Assembly: GCA_003344405.1 (NCBI GenBank)
Contig: NOWV01000276.1
Coordinates: forward strand, 1 to 64,000
Direction: 5' to 3'
DNA from: Trichoplax sp. H2
Lineage: Eukaryota
DNA: 64,000 nt
A program made the position numbers and the translations under genes. Below, in pieces: positions 12,714 through 25,981 of the stretch. Position 1 is the first letter of the stretch. Each line of letters opens with the position of its first letter. The notes beneath the pieces were generated by a model that worked only from the letters and a program-made list of their open reading frames with translations, was not told the origin of the DNA and ran no database searches.

Positions 12714-13050
12714 ACTGGATAATTTGGAGGCTACAATCACCAATCACTCCAAATCAACAAGAATCCACGTCAATAAATCAATCAATGTCCTTATTCTTCA
12801 ACAGTAACCTCTGCAATCAAACGTTCAAAATGTTCATTGATAATCCCAAAACTACAAATGACAGTGTTCAGTTGTTGCAACAACTACCTTTCCAAATACA
12901 GAAGTTATTGTCCAGTTTTTATTCCTTTCTCTACAGTAACCTTTCTCTCTTTCTAACTTTGAATGAATCCTCCATAGTAGCCGTGCCTTCTAGGTGCTTG
13001 CTGCCTAGTAATCTACAATTGCACACAGCGAGTTTACCATGGTGACGAGC

Positions 13051-13235
13051 ATTGTACAGTACAGTACAGTATAGTACATGTGGACAATACGGCACTGTCT
13101 CGTACAGTACCGTACAGTACATTGTACTGTAATTATTACGGTTGACTGTACTGTACAGTACAGTACTGTATGCAGAACTGTACTGTACACCGCTACCGTA
13201 TATTTGTTCGATTGTAGTACTGTACACTGTACAGA
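13051..13235. promoter_or_regulatory. TACAG/CTGTA pentamer cluster in the CCDC134-AGK bidirectional promoter
   Basis: About 16 TACAG/CTGTA pentamers in both orientations within ~185 bp, midway between the divergent starts at 12713 (-) and 13674 (+). Confidence 0.6.
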
Positions 13236-13673
13236 CCATCCGCGAGCTAAAGGATCACCTGCTAGCTTGAAATTGCAAATCCAAGGCTGCAGACTTGATG
13301 CTCTACATGAATTCATTCGCATCTTGCAAGTTCTAATCTGTCTTTACACTCCATGACTTTTGAAAACGAGTCGAATGCTTAATCTTCTGGCGTATTGAAG
13401 GTGTCATCAGAAGGAAGTAAGTGTCATATTACATGCGTAGTACTATGGCATATCGTTGGATGTCCTTATTAACGTACTGTGTTGTTTCATCTTGCAGTCG
13501 TGCTAGCCTGCAAGATCATCGCTTGGAAGCTGTTGAAATACTTGTTTCTACCATCCGAAAAACGAGATAGAGATCAAATTCATCTGTTCTACATAGTCGA
13601 TCGTGTTGTATTGTTGTTGAATCATTAATTAAATAGTGGTCTTGTGGGGTATGGTTGCATTCGATCGAGAAAT

Positions 13674-16600
13674 ATGAATCACGGAGTCTTTTATACGTTG
13701 AGAAAACACTGGAAAAAATCCACATTTGCTGCCATTGCTGCTGTTTATGGAATACATTTCATGACGCAAAAGCATAGGTATAAATCTTGTGTGTAACTTG
13801 TCATACCAACGTTAATGTCAAGCTGGGCTTTACAGACGATCTTTCGGATTAGTTTTACTAAAATAACAAGTATCATCCATTTAAAATTAATGAATGGTAC
13901 AAAAATTCAATTGGTTGACTATGATGCGCGTACTATATCAACTTCAAATGCGTTCTCTCATAGCAGCATTACATTGGACAAAGTACAGTAGTTTCGTAAT
14001 AAGCTGAAAGTACGAAAACTTTATGAAATTATTATGAGAATGCAATATTGCAGTGGATGTTCTGTATATACACGATACGAACTTTAAATTTAGATACAAT
14101 CTTACACGCCAGGTCGTTAAACCAACTCGTTCTGTAAGCTGAAACTTCGGAAACTTCATTGGTTTAGTCTAACCTTCAGACATAATCTTGTGTATGTCAT
14201 CGTTGGACTACTTAGTTCTTAAAGCTGTGATTACTACTTGACAACTTTGCCTTCCAGTTTGTCTAGACGGAGAGCTATTGTAACACTTTGTAACTATCCG
14301 TGAAGGCGTGATTAAATATGCTCGAATAATATTCTTGCAAGTTCAATATACATTTTGCAGTGTTGTACACAAAGACAGTAAATCGTATGTCCAGTAGCAC
14401 AATTTATCAAAGTGTCAGCAGTGATTTTCTATAGAGATAGTCTCTAAATACCGTCGTTGTGCGTTAGCACTTTCTTAATCACTCCCTTTATTATACTTAG
14501 AGCTAATATTGTCAGAAGAAGATTATGCCAAGAGGCAGTGGTAAGAAGCACATTTTTATTACAATTACAAAATCCATTTAAATCTTTATCCTGCGGATTA
14601 ACTGCAGCAATTTATCACCATTATTAGCAATATGGTAGACAGACTATCAAATCGACGGCAAAGCAGCGTCGAGTTGTGGTATTTTTTAATCCGAAAGCAG
14701 GCAGCGGGTATGTTAGCCAATCTGCTAGTATCATCGTAAGATTGTTCTGTCTTACATAAAATGATAATTAATCAATCAATTAATAAATACACGTATGTTA
14801 TAGCATTTCATAGTATACGTACGGAATACTTAAAAATGTTATTTTTGCATTGCGGTGGGAAAATTTACAGAAAAACTAGAAAATTGTTGAAAGATGACGC
14901 CGTACCAATCTTTAACCTTGCTGGGATTGATGTTATTTATATCGAGGTAATTTATCATTACAACGCAACTTTTAATCTGTGTTTGAATGCGGTAATTAAT
15001 AATCGCTTCGTCGAATTATTCTACCAAATATTAGCTTGATTATGTTGGTCAAGCCAAAACCTTGGTAAATTATTTAGATGAAACTACCGATACTATAGTA
15101 ATAGCTGGTGGCAGTGGCACAGTAATGGAGGTACCGTATAAGCAACTTACTAAATCTCATTTTCTATAGATATAACAATGAGTCCATCATAATTATGGCA
15201 GCACTGTTAAGTTTTTATTTCGTTTATAACATAGGTAATTACTGGATTACTAACCAAGTACGATGAGGTATATAACTGCTAAAGTCGTATCCATATTTCC
15301 TATTAAATTAGATTCTTTTGTCAGCATAACCAAAATCAATTTTTGGGCTTTCGGTATTGCTAAATGATAGGAATCGAAACAGTGTCCGCTACCAATTGGT
15401 ATTATACCTCTAGGAGATGAAAACACACTATTTGAGAAATTATTACCCGATCGTTGTAAGAATATACCCAAAGCCAGGTTGTGCACTTCGATTAGAAACA
15501 CATGAAAACGTTCAATGAAAAATAGCCAATTTCAATTTAACCTCAGTGTCTTTACACTAGTGTACACTGAAGTAATTATTCTACAAAAATTTCCTGTTTA
15601 ACGTATAGAATTATCGGCGAGGCCGCCTTATCTATTGTCAAAAAGGAGAGTAGGATGATTGATGTAATGAAAATTAGCCCTCAAGAATCTGGTAAAACTA
15701 TATATTCTCTATCATCTGTTAAATGGGGAATTTTTAGAGACATCGCCAGCGATTACGACAGGTTAAATTCTTTCTAGATTATACCACAAAATATTACCGT
15801 TTTAAAATTAGCTATTTCTCTTCTGTAGATACTGGTTATTTGGACCTTTAAAGAAACGCATGGCTTATATTGCCCCAGTTTTATTTGTATGTCTGATATG
15901 TTTTAGTATTAATTGCGGTCCAATTTGATAATATAATTGAAGGTAACTCATTGAGCTATCTTAAATATTTCAATCAATAGAATTGGCCTCCAAAGTATAG
16001 TATTGATATAGGTTTCGGCGCATCCGATAATCAGAAAAGCTTGAAAAACAACGACATAAAGGATACCATTGATAACAATCCGATGATTAAAGAAATAAAC
16101 AAAAATATTAAAACATTTAATAGCTTTCAAATTGAAATTGATGCAAATCAAACCAAAGTAATTCAATAAACTTGAATTTATGCCTATTTTCTTATTTGAT
16201 CATTATGTAAGTTGATTATTTATATTTAACAGAATCTTGCTGTTTCTATTTGGCCTGAAATTATCGATAAAAAAGAATTTATCTTAAAGGGGTAAGTTAG
16301 AATAGATTTTAAAATTTCATTTTGTACTGATCAAGGTGTTAAATGCGTATGCTCAATAAAAACAGGTGGCAGCAAATAAACCAGAAACATTCGGAAAATA
16401 ATACTGAAAGTATGTCTTAAGACGTAGCCCTTACTGTAGCTAGCCGTAGATATATCTGATGGTCTTATGGTTCATTCTGATACTTAACTATATTGCAATT
16501 AAAATTTTAAATTGTAGAGCTGAAAACATTAACACCCAGCGAAATATTTTTACGACCGTCAAGGAATGTAAGTTTATTCTATAATTTACGAAGTCTCAAG

Positions 16601-16762
16601 AATGAGGTTACTACATAGTTTAGAAGTAATTATACTCAATTATAGACTTTGTGAATTTGCTTGCAGGACATGTGGTATACCATTGATGGAGAAGATTATG
16701 AAGCTTATCCAATACTGATCAAATTATTGCCTAACCATATTCAAATGTATTACCCTAGTTAG
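13674..16762 (+). CDS. AGK: Acylglycerol kinase, mitochondrial (AGK; DAGK-like family), 390 aa, 14 coding exons
   Basis: Exons 13674-13777, 14501-14540, 14628-14707, 14871-14946, 15035-15130, 15235-15267, 15371-15477, 15609-15761, 15829-15886, 15981-16157, 16233-16291, 16366-16409, 16518-16567, 16667-16762. N-terminal TLRKHWKKSTF, FFNPKAG, DYVGQAK, IGIIPLG, WGIFRD, YWLFGPLK, IDGEDYEA.P.LIKLLP; the frame closes at 1173 nt. Confidence 0.93.
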
Positions 16763-17474
16763 AGTTCTACGTTGAGCATTTTCTTACAATTCTTTGTTTT
16801 CGTCAATAAGATCTTGACGTTGTAACAAATAAGTAGTGTAAAATTATTCCATGTAACGGTTGACTATTAGCTAGGTGATGCCTACTGTACGACATACGAA
16901 GTAAGATATTTTATCTAAATATAGGAATTTTCCATTCAAACAAATGATAAATTTTAATTATGGTTGATATTTAAATTATTCTGCATCTAGCAAAACTTTA
17001 ATCTTAATCATTATTGAGATTGATCAACTTTACCTATTGTTTCATTGGCGGTAAAGATCCACAATACGCTATTGAGTGTAACGGAACCAAGGAGATTACT
17101 CGTATTTTGTTCGATGGAGCGTTATGATACATTGTAAAACTTTAATAACTCAAGATCATGATTCAGTAACTTCAAAACCTCAACTCATCTAGCTAGATAT
17201 TTTTTATGATTGTGCTATGATTCGTGACTGGCAGCTCATCTACGCATTAAATATTTCGTACGAAAATTTTTTCATATTGCTCTTGTATAATTGCAAGATA
17301 ACTGGGATCATGGTACTTCAAACAGAAGTTTTCAAGCAATATCTTCTCGCTTCGCGATTATAGCAACCTCGATAGAGGCATCGTAATCAAATGCGCGAAT
17401 GCAAATGTTAATAAAGTATTCACTAACTTTCGTGAATCAATTTGCTGCTTAATATTTATTTATGTATATGTACT

Positions 17475-18102
17475 TGTCACAAAACAGCTTTGCAAAAAGA
17501 TAACGTAATGTACGATCAGTAAGTCAATTCCTTGAACCACGTATCAAGGAACGATATCTGCACTATTCAGAAACACTTGCTCTACTAGCAGACTACACAA
17601 AGACTTAAACGCCCCGTATTTTACGTTAAACACTAAGTTTGAAAATCCACTTTATTACACGATATACTGCATTTATATACTATTCCTCAATAGTTCATGA
17701 GTCATAGTTAATACGATTAACTTTGTAATCATGTACTGAATTAGATATTAAATATAGCTACTGCTCCTTAATGCAGACAACAGTATTTACGAACATAGAC
17801 ATCTGGTGACTAATACAGAATAGTCAGATTACGATATGTCCTATCATGGAACATTTCCACGATAATTTACTATCTACCATAAGTAAATTACAATCGCAAT
17901 GATTCGAACTGTAAGTACATGATTTGCATTACCTATTACAACCATTAATTTCAGTATGTGTATAAGTGTCGCTATCATAAAAAGCCAGTGCTATATCAAA
18001 ACACAGTATATCCAAATTAGAAGTTAACTAAATAAGGATAGGCTAACAGAATTATCCTAACATAGATATTTCTACTCTAATACAGTATATAACACTGTCA
18101 CA
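17475..18102 (-). mobile_element. Solo-LTR-like element, family 1, copy 1 (628 bp)
   Basis: TGTCAC...GTCACA ends, TSD GTACT on both sides; more diverged than the other copies. Confidence 0.88.
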
Positions 18103-20317
18103 GTACTTAGCAGATATAAAATGTACATTGCACGCTGCACGGGTCTGTTATAAGGGAAATTAAATAATTTGGAAGTACAAAAAATGTTTGTAGGAAGATA
18201 TCTTAATGCTCTATCCATTAACATGATACCTGGACGCAATATAGACTTAAAGTAAAGGCAAGACAATAACTGTATAAATGTGCAGCGTATATGCAACAAT
18301 CTTTTCAAATCAGGAACACTTGTCAAGTTACGGAGTTTTGAAAGGAACTATCAGCGTACACTATATCTAGGTATACTGGCTATACACAACGCCTTGATCT
18401 ATCGAGTATTCGATCGCTCGTTCCTGGATCTAAAAAAGAAATTTTTATTCGACATTGAATTGGATTATCCATATTTGAACTTTCATTAGCCAAGTACAAG
18501 TTTGACTGAATCAGTCCTGATACTTGATAATAATGCCGGATTTATTGCGACTGTAAAGTAATTCTCAATTATAATTATCACTAATAATACTCTTGAGAAT
18601 AGTTAATCCTTCTTAAGTACATAAATACCTTTTTTTCACTTAGTTAAACTGTAAAATACGCTTCTAAGTTAACATAAGAACCAACCAGAACCTAAGGCAT
18701 TAAAATGTAAGGCTTCCACAACGCATACTAATGCCTACATTGCAAGCGAGCTATAATAACATTATTGCGGTATAAATGAGTACTACTTAATTTCGTGGAA
18801 TTTTTTAGCGAAATTTTACCTTCGTTACGGTCACGTTAGCATTACAATGTGATAGCATATTTTAGCATTGGTTAATCTCGAAATCACAAAGTTTTTACCA
18901 TGTTATTCGAGTTTTAATAAATACTATGTTTTTATTCTTTACTCCCCAATACATAAAACTTTTACCACTGGTATGTTATCTTACAATTTATGCCTAGGCT
19001 TATAGAAACTGAGTATCCAAACGGCCGAAAATTAGAATAGTATCATAAAACATTGGTAACAGCATTTCGTCGCACATGCCATGGTTTCTTTCCCTGTAAA
19101 GCAACTTTAATTTCTACCCTAGAATTCGAATTATGTTCAATTACTCTTACAATGTGATACTAAGTAAGTACACGAAATTTCCAAATGCTAGAATTACTTT
19201 ATAATCAATGATTACAGCTACAGTTTTAGTTGAAATACGTATTTAATTCAATTACTCACTTGCTAACATTAATTTCCACTCTCAAATTTGTAATACTATG
19301 TTGCATGGTGAATATACTATGATACTAAAATAGTGATATGAATGTTTATAACGGCTTTGCCCTTATAACGATTTTAATCTGCTGACCTACTGAAGTTAGT
19401 TTTCTTTCTGGAATTTGTACCGTAATATTAAATTTTTACTATACGTGATATTAAAAAGAAGGCACGAAATCTTACATAGCAGAATTTACTTTGACATTTA
19501 TTTAATTTCCACTCTGGAATTCGCAATGCCATAATACGTCGCAAATATACCTGCGAATTTGTGACAGTAAAATATGAGCGCGAAATGATATCGAATAGTT
19601 AACTCTTAATTTAAATCGGTATGCTCATTACTAGTCCTACATTCCGAGTGTTTTATTTAGAAATAATCAATTCCCAGTTAGCTTAAACTTTGAATTAAAA
19701 TAATAACCGTAGAAACCCCAATAAAGCTAAAGGATCGCGAATGATAATTAAGCATTACAGAGTTAACGACTATGATAAAATTTAAGTATTTATCATTTCT
19801 TTATAGCAGCAATTTCTCGTTAATTTTTTTAAGAAAAAGTAGCTACACAGTAATTTAGAGCAGACATTCAATAATCTTGCCATTCCGGTACCTCATTTGC
19901 TTCATTAACTAGCTAAAATCATTTCTTATGATCATATAATTCAACTAAATGATATTACACGATAAAAATCCATAAAAATTCACCCAGAATGAAATATTTA
20001 TTTAAATAATTTGTATAATTTTAAAACTCAGCCGAATAAAATTTTTTTTACTAGTCTTTCTTAATCTCATTTAATTAAAGATAACTTCGTCACACAAGAA
20101 TCAATCATTCGTAATAATTTCATATCTTACAATATAATTTCGTAACATTTCTTATCACATTTGCAATTATTCTAGCGTATATTAGTACTATAGCGGAATC
20201 ACTTCAACCCCAGTATAAATTATAAAGATTATCCAATGTTTAACTTTGATATAAATCCAAGGATGATCTAGACATTGATTACATAGGCCATTGCTGATTA
20301 AAAGATGACAGATGTTC

Positions 20318-20948
20318 TGTCACAAAACAGCTTTGCAACAAGATAACGTAATCTATGATCAATAAGTCAATTCCTTGAACCACGTATCAAGGAACGATAT
20401 CTGCACTATCACAAACACTTTTGCTCTACTAGCAGACTACACAAAGACTTAAACGCTTTGTATTTTACGTTAAACACTAAGTTGGACAATTCTTCTTTAT
20501 TTCACGATATACTGCATTTATATACTATTCCTCAATAGTTCATGAGTCATAGTTAATACAATTAACATTAGAATCATTTACTGAATTAGATATTAATTTT
20601 AGCTACTGCTCCCTTAATGCAGACAACAGTATTTACGAACATAGACATATAATGACTAATACAGAATAGTCAGATTACGATATGTCCTATCACGGAACAT
20701 TTCCATGATAATTTACAATCTACCATAAGTAAATTACAATCACAATGATTCGAACTGTAAGTAGATGATTTGCATTCCCTATTATAACTATTAATTTCAG
20801 TATGTGTATAAGTGTCACTATCATAAAAAGTCAGTGCTATATTAAAACACAGTATATCCAAATTAGAAGTTAACTAAATAAGTATAGTCTAATAGAATTA
20901 TTCTAACATAGATATTTCTACTGTAATACAGTATATAACACTGTAACA
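20318..20948 (-). mobile_element. Solo-LTR-like element, family 1, copy 2 (631 bp)
   Basis: TGTCAC...GTAACA ends, TSD TGTTC; minus-strand TATATAAA (20524-20517) followed by AATAAA (20501-20496). Confidence 0.9.
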
Positions 20949-23900
20949 TGTTCATATACTGATATACCCCAATTAAAATTTAGAACTAATTAAGATTGCA
21001 AAGACAAAGGTATGTTCTGTCATAACAAGGTCTAAAATATCTATAAGACAAGCACTATTGATGCATATCATTTCGGGCGGAAGAAGTCAATATTCCATTA
21101 TGACAGGAATATAAGCAACAGACATAAAGAATTATATTTCGATATCATGTTAATACTATACAATAACATGAAAGTAATTATGATCTTAAGTTGATGATTT
21201 ATTATTGGATGGAAGTCATGATCTAAATGTATTAACATGTTTTGGAAGTGTAATCACTAGTATCTCTTTTTTAGACTATTAGCAATAACTCAATACTGTA
21301 CATTCAATATACTGGCATTTACTACAACTATTTGCATTATCAAAAGATGACGAAACATGCGTTGATAGCATGGTCATGCAGTAGTTTTATCACGTAAGAA
21401 GCATATACCGATAAAATATGAAAACTATTTCAATTGCATAAAGTCTGGTAATCACAATAACAACATGGTCTTATAGTACGTAACATTGCAGTAAAGCATA
21501 AATTAATTAATTGCTACTAGATATGTTCGATTAATGCTTGATATTACTGACTTACAATCGTTTAAGTGAACATCATACGTAATGAATAGAAACAACATCA
21601 TTGACGATATTTATCTAGGATTTCATTACTAAGGCACTATGCGTGCATAAGGCTTAATTAAATGTATTTGAGAATTTTAGAGGGAATCAACATTGCAATT
21701 GTAACAATAGGCATGAAATGGAATGATGAAAGGGCTAAAAATAATTCTACAATCGGTAAAATCTGAATAAAATGATCGATAATTAGCACTGTAGAAGTTG
21801 CGTCATTTGGTGATTCAAAAATTTCTGTAATCAATTAGATCAAATTAGTAACTTTAGTTTTGAGATATTCTACAGTTCTTATTATTCTTAGAATTATAAC
21901 TTTAACGTTATCCATAAAAAAAGGCACCGATTAATACTATACAAGATATAATGTAAGAAATAAATCATTTTATTTGTAATAACGGCAAAATATTAAGCTA
22001 ATTATCTCTGTTTCAAAAGTGCTTGTATGACCTGAAGAAAATTCAGTAAGGAAATAGTATCGTGTTACTGAAACATTTAATTCAAATTTCTGATATAACT
22101 AGAGTCTGACTTTTATCATCTATACAGAATAGGAATTAGTTCGGTATAAGCTGAAAACATAACTCCATAGAATCTTGCAGACCATTTCAATTTTTAACAT
22201 GGCGCTTCATCATTTCGTACCGCAATCAATTAAATTCATATATATTGATATGTAACTAGCCTATAATTTTGATTTAGCACTGGGTATACAGTAATTTAGA
22301 AACCAGTAAGATTATCATATGTAGCTTTAATCTTAGCAGAAAGCGAGTAATTATCATTACGTGCTGTACCAGGAATTTTTGAAATTTACTTCATTATTTT
22401 CGCTACATTACCGACTTTGTCTGCTAACAGCACACAAAAATATGGATGGAGAAACTTCAGGCGAGATAATAAGATCATTATGCAGTGTAATCTTTTTGAA
22501 ACCGTAAAATTTATAGCCAAGCAATTCCCATGAGTTTCTAATTATTGAGATAAAATGTAATATAAAAGGAAGAATCTTAACATATCAACTTTAAAGGGAT
22601 CTCAAGGTAAACATACTCATGGAGGCATAATGTAATCGATCAATTATCCGGTGGTAGAAGAGAGTAAAATGATTTATAATCATTACAACGTCGTATATAC
22701 TATAATTATGCGAAGTCTTACTATATTTATTAATTTTGCTATAATTTAAATTAGAAATATTCCTTAATCAATATAGAGAGAGTAATGATGAAATAAATTT
22801 AAGCACTCATCTATTTTAACAAGATGACATTAAAAAAGTAAATAGAAGAAAATTCTTAAATTTCTGAAAATATCGTACGGTAAAATTAAAATCACTAATA
22901 GTTGCTACTAATTTGCTTGAAAGTCTAAAATCAATAAATGCTAGGAGCACTATACAATTGTTATAATAATTGCTAGCATTTGGGTAATTTTCTACGTTAG
23001 TAAGACCTGTTCCATAATTTTAGTTACTATAGCCCGGAACTAATCAATCCAACTCGCTACTTACTTTATATTAACTATCAATTCCTAAATAGTTAGTATT
23101 AAATAGTATGAATCCATTGTCAATTGCTCTCAATACCCATTTAATCAATGAACTTTTTATATTCTAGATCGCTATTCTAATGGAAATATATGGCTTACTT
23201 TCTATCAATTACCAAAACATCTGGTTGTATTTTAACAATATACCTGCTCCGGCGCTTTTTAAATTGTAATTATCTGAAATAGACTTTGATATGATATATT
23301 AACTATTTCCTAGAAATCGTTTAATATAAAATGGCTACTATTACGTCATACTAATGCACCTATTACTGCTTAATATCTAGTACCATACCTTATTTCCTGA
23401 ATTTATGCCATTTTATTGCTGATAACAGTTTTCATTTGGAGGTCTACCTTTCTATTGAATTTTAACGCCATTAGTAAAGTTTTTCAAAAACCTAAACCTG
23501 TAAGAATAGATAAATTAATTAGTTAGTTAGATTCAAACGAGAAGTTCATTAGATTCTAATTTCAACAACAAAAAAATTAACTTTTGAAACTATATATTTG
23601 GAAGAATTACTTACCGTACGTTATGGAATAGCGGGCAAATACAAAAATTAGAGGAAATTTACAAGTATGCAGGGCTATTTCGAAGCAGCCTAATTAATTT
23701 AGATTAAATACTGTATGAATAAATAGAACACGCTCTCAACGTTAAATTACTCATTGGAGACAAATTATCGAGCCAATTGCAGAACTCTTCGAATCCACAA
23801 TAGGGTTTTATAATTAGTGAAGATGCGCTACTGATGCATGTTTATCTATGACAAATATTCTAGTTTAATTTTCGTACTATTATTATTTTTTGGACGAAAA

Positions 23901-25390
23901 TCTCCTCCTCTTTCAAATGAGAATTAATTAGCTCATCTTAAAATTCTTCTAGTATTTGCCGTAATGTATCGAAGCTAATACCAAATCGTATCGAGCTTTC
24001 TCAGAAAAATATAACTCTGCTTGCTAGCACTGTAGATTGATTACCTACCAAACTGTCACGAAATTGAAACTCAGTTGCTGTACACTACATAGATATTTAT
24101 CATTACTCAATCAGTCTATTTTAAATGATTAAATTGCTTCTTAAATCGATCGGTAATGCCTATATTTATGGTTTGTTCGGAGTAAAGGCCACAATAATAC
24201 CTATAAATATAAATTTATTATAAATTCACGAACTGCATCAAAAGAAATTGATATACTCATTAGATCTCTATTTAACACTAGCACTTTATCGGTTTGGGAT
24301 ATGATAGCAACAACATACGCGTATATTACGTAAACTACTCCAGCAGCGTTAAAATAAATCTTTAGTATTTGGATATAGGTTTGCATATTATCAAAGTTTT
24401 ACCTTTATCAAATAGATGACAAGACTACTTCATGGCTTTATCAATGATGTTTACCAGCATTTTATAACATATATCATAGCTATAGAGTAACTTTTGCTTA
24501 ACTATCGTAAAATACTTTCCATAATGCAACTTATCTAGGGAGGTATTAATATTATATTATCCATAACGTTTTAAGCAATTTTGATAGATAGCCGTGATGT
24601 TGAAACACGTTATCTATAAATCGACAATTAGTGTTTACGAGCATTTCGATTTACTATAATTTGAGTGACTTTTCAATAAAATTTGGGTTCAGTTCTGTCC
24701 AAGAGAGACTAGTGGAGTTACTGTCCCTCCTAACGTTAGGAGATTGTCAGTATTTCGAATTTTGCTGAAGATAAATATCGGGAAGTATAAACCTAACAAT
24801 AGACCGTTAGTTTAGTTTTATAATAGTTCTACTTTTCGTCATTACAAATTTAGATTTGTAACAATCATATACTCAGATGCTTAAAAGCATGATATTAAGC
24901 CATAAGAATCAAGTGTAAATTACAATATATGTAGCACTTTGCTATGGAAAAGTTTTTGAAATCTAACATAGACAGGCACGGCTGTAATCTTCATTTTTAA
25001 TTACATGCGTAGCATGTACTACAATTTTTAGTATTCAAAAAAATAATTCCTATAGTTTTCAGCTATTCGTAATTAATGACAATCTATTGACTTTCTTTGG
25101 TGCGTATGCTGTCATTATTATAACCAGAGACATTAAATTAAGTTTCGGATCTTATTTAAGGCTATAAAATATAGTTTGAAACCGTTTTAGGATTCCATTC
25201 TTTACATATTTCCGCCTTTAATTGACATTTATCTTCTAATCAATAATAGCGTAGATCAAAGGTAGAAATGTCAATGTCTACCATTTGATTTAATTGAATA
25301 CAAAATTCTACTCTCTTGCTGACAACTGATTTACTATTGTTAACTGAGAGGTCAAATGCAGCAATATTCTATTAGATACCGTTACTACCT

Positions 25391-25981
25391 TGTGATAAAA
25401 TCAAATCACGATAATTCCAAAGTTGTAGAAAACTAGAACTTTATTAGATCTAAAACAAAGACTAGCTATACACAGATCTACTCTAGCCGGATACTACTAC
25501 TAAAAACTTCTAGAAAGAACAATCAGATAATGCAATGTCTCCTACTTTTATACCATCCGTAGCCTTCGCATCTACCATCAGCATAGCATCATTCTATCAT
25601 ATTTTAAACATATTCAGCTTATTATTAGTCACAGTATTTTATAGTGAATTATCATTAATCCAATGTAGAAATGATTACAGTATTTTCATAGATATTATTC
25701 CTACCACTCAAAGTACAATGAACTAAGCATATCCTATTATATGATTTACAATACTATTTCTACCTCTAACCATATTATTAACTAAACACCTTACTGTAAA
25801 TAGTCATCTGTACTCTAGCATACTGTAAGGTCTATCCTTATAATCTATAATTATGGGCTACTAAATATATATCATAAGATAAATATAGAAAGACACTACC
25901 TTACATGATACTAAACATGGCTAATAGCCTACAATCACAATACTAAGTTACTTTACATACCCTTTACGACTAGCACGTAAA
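25391..25981 (-). mobile_element. Possible old, diverged LTR-like element (third family)
   Basis: Starts TGTGAT, G-poor plus strand like the other elements, terminal hairpin TTTACG-N7-CGTAAA, flanks tacct/aacct share ACCT; no clear sequence identity to families 1 or 2. Confidence 0.3.

Noticed and set aside
12931..13356. Overlapping 90-105 aa ORFs
   Set aside because: Low-complexity translations of the promoter pentamer island.
16980..18560. Coding-like sequence on either side of element copy 1
   Set aside because: Stops in the frames tried and no recognisable domain; a decayed gene is possible but unsupported.
19100..19600. Degenerate repeat of aatttccactct.gaatt-like motifs
   Set aside because: Too diverged and AT-rich to define units reliably by eye.
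20670..20861. 63-aa ORF repeated at 43720-43911
   Set aside because: Lies inside the LTR-like element; identity reflects element copying, and it has no transposase, gag or integrase motifs.
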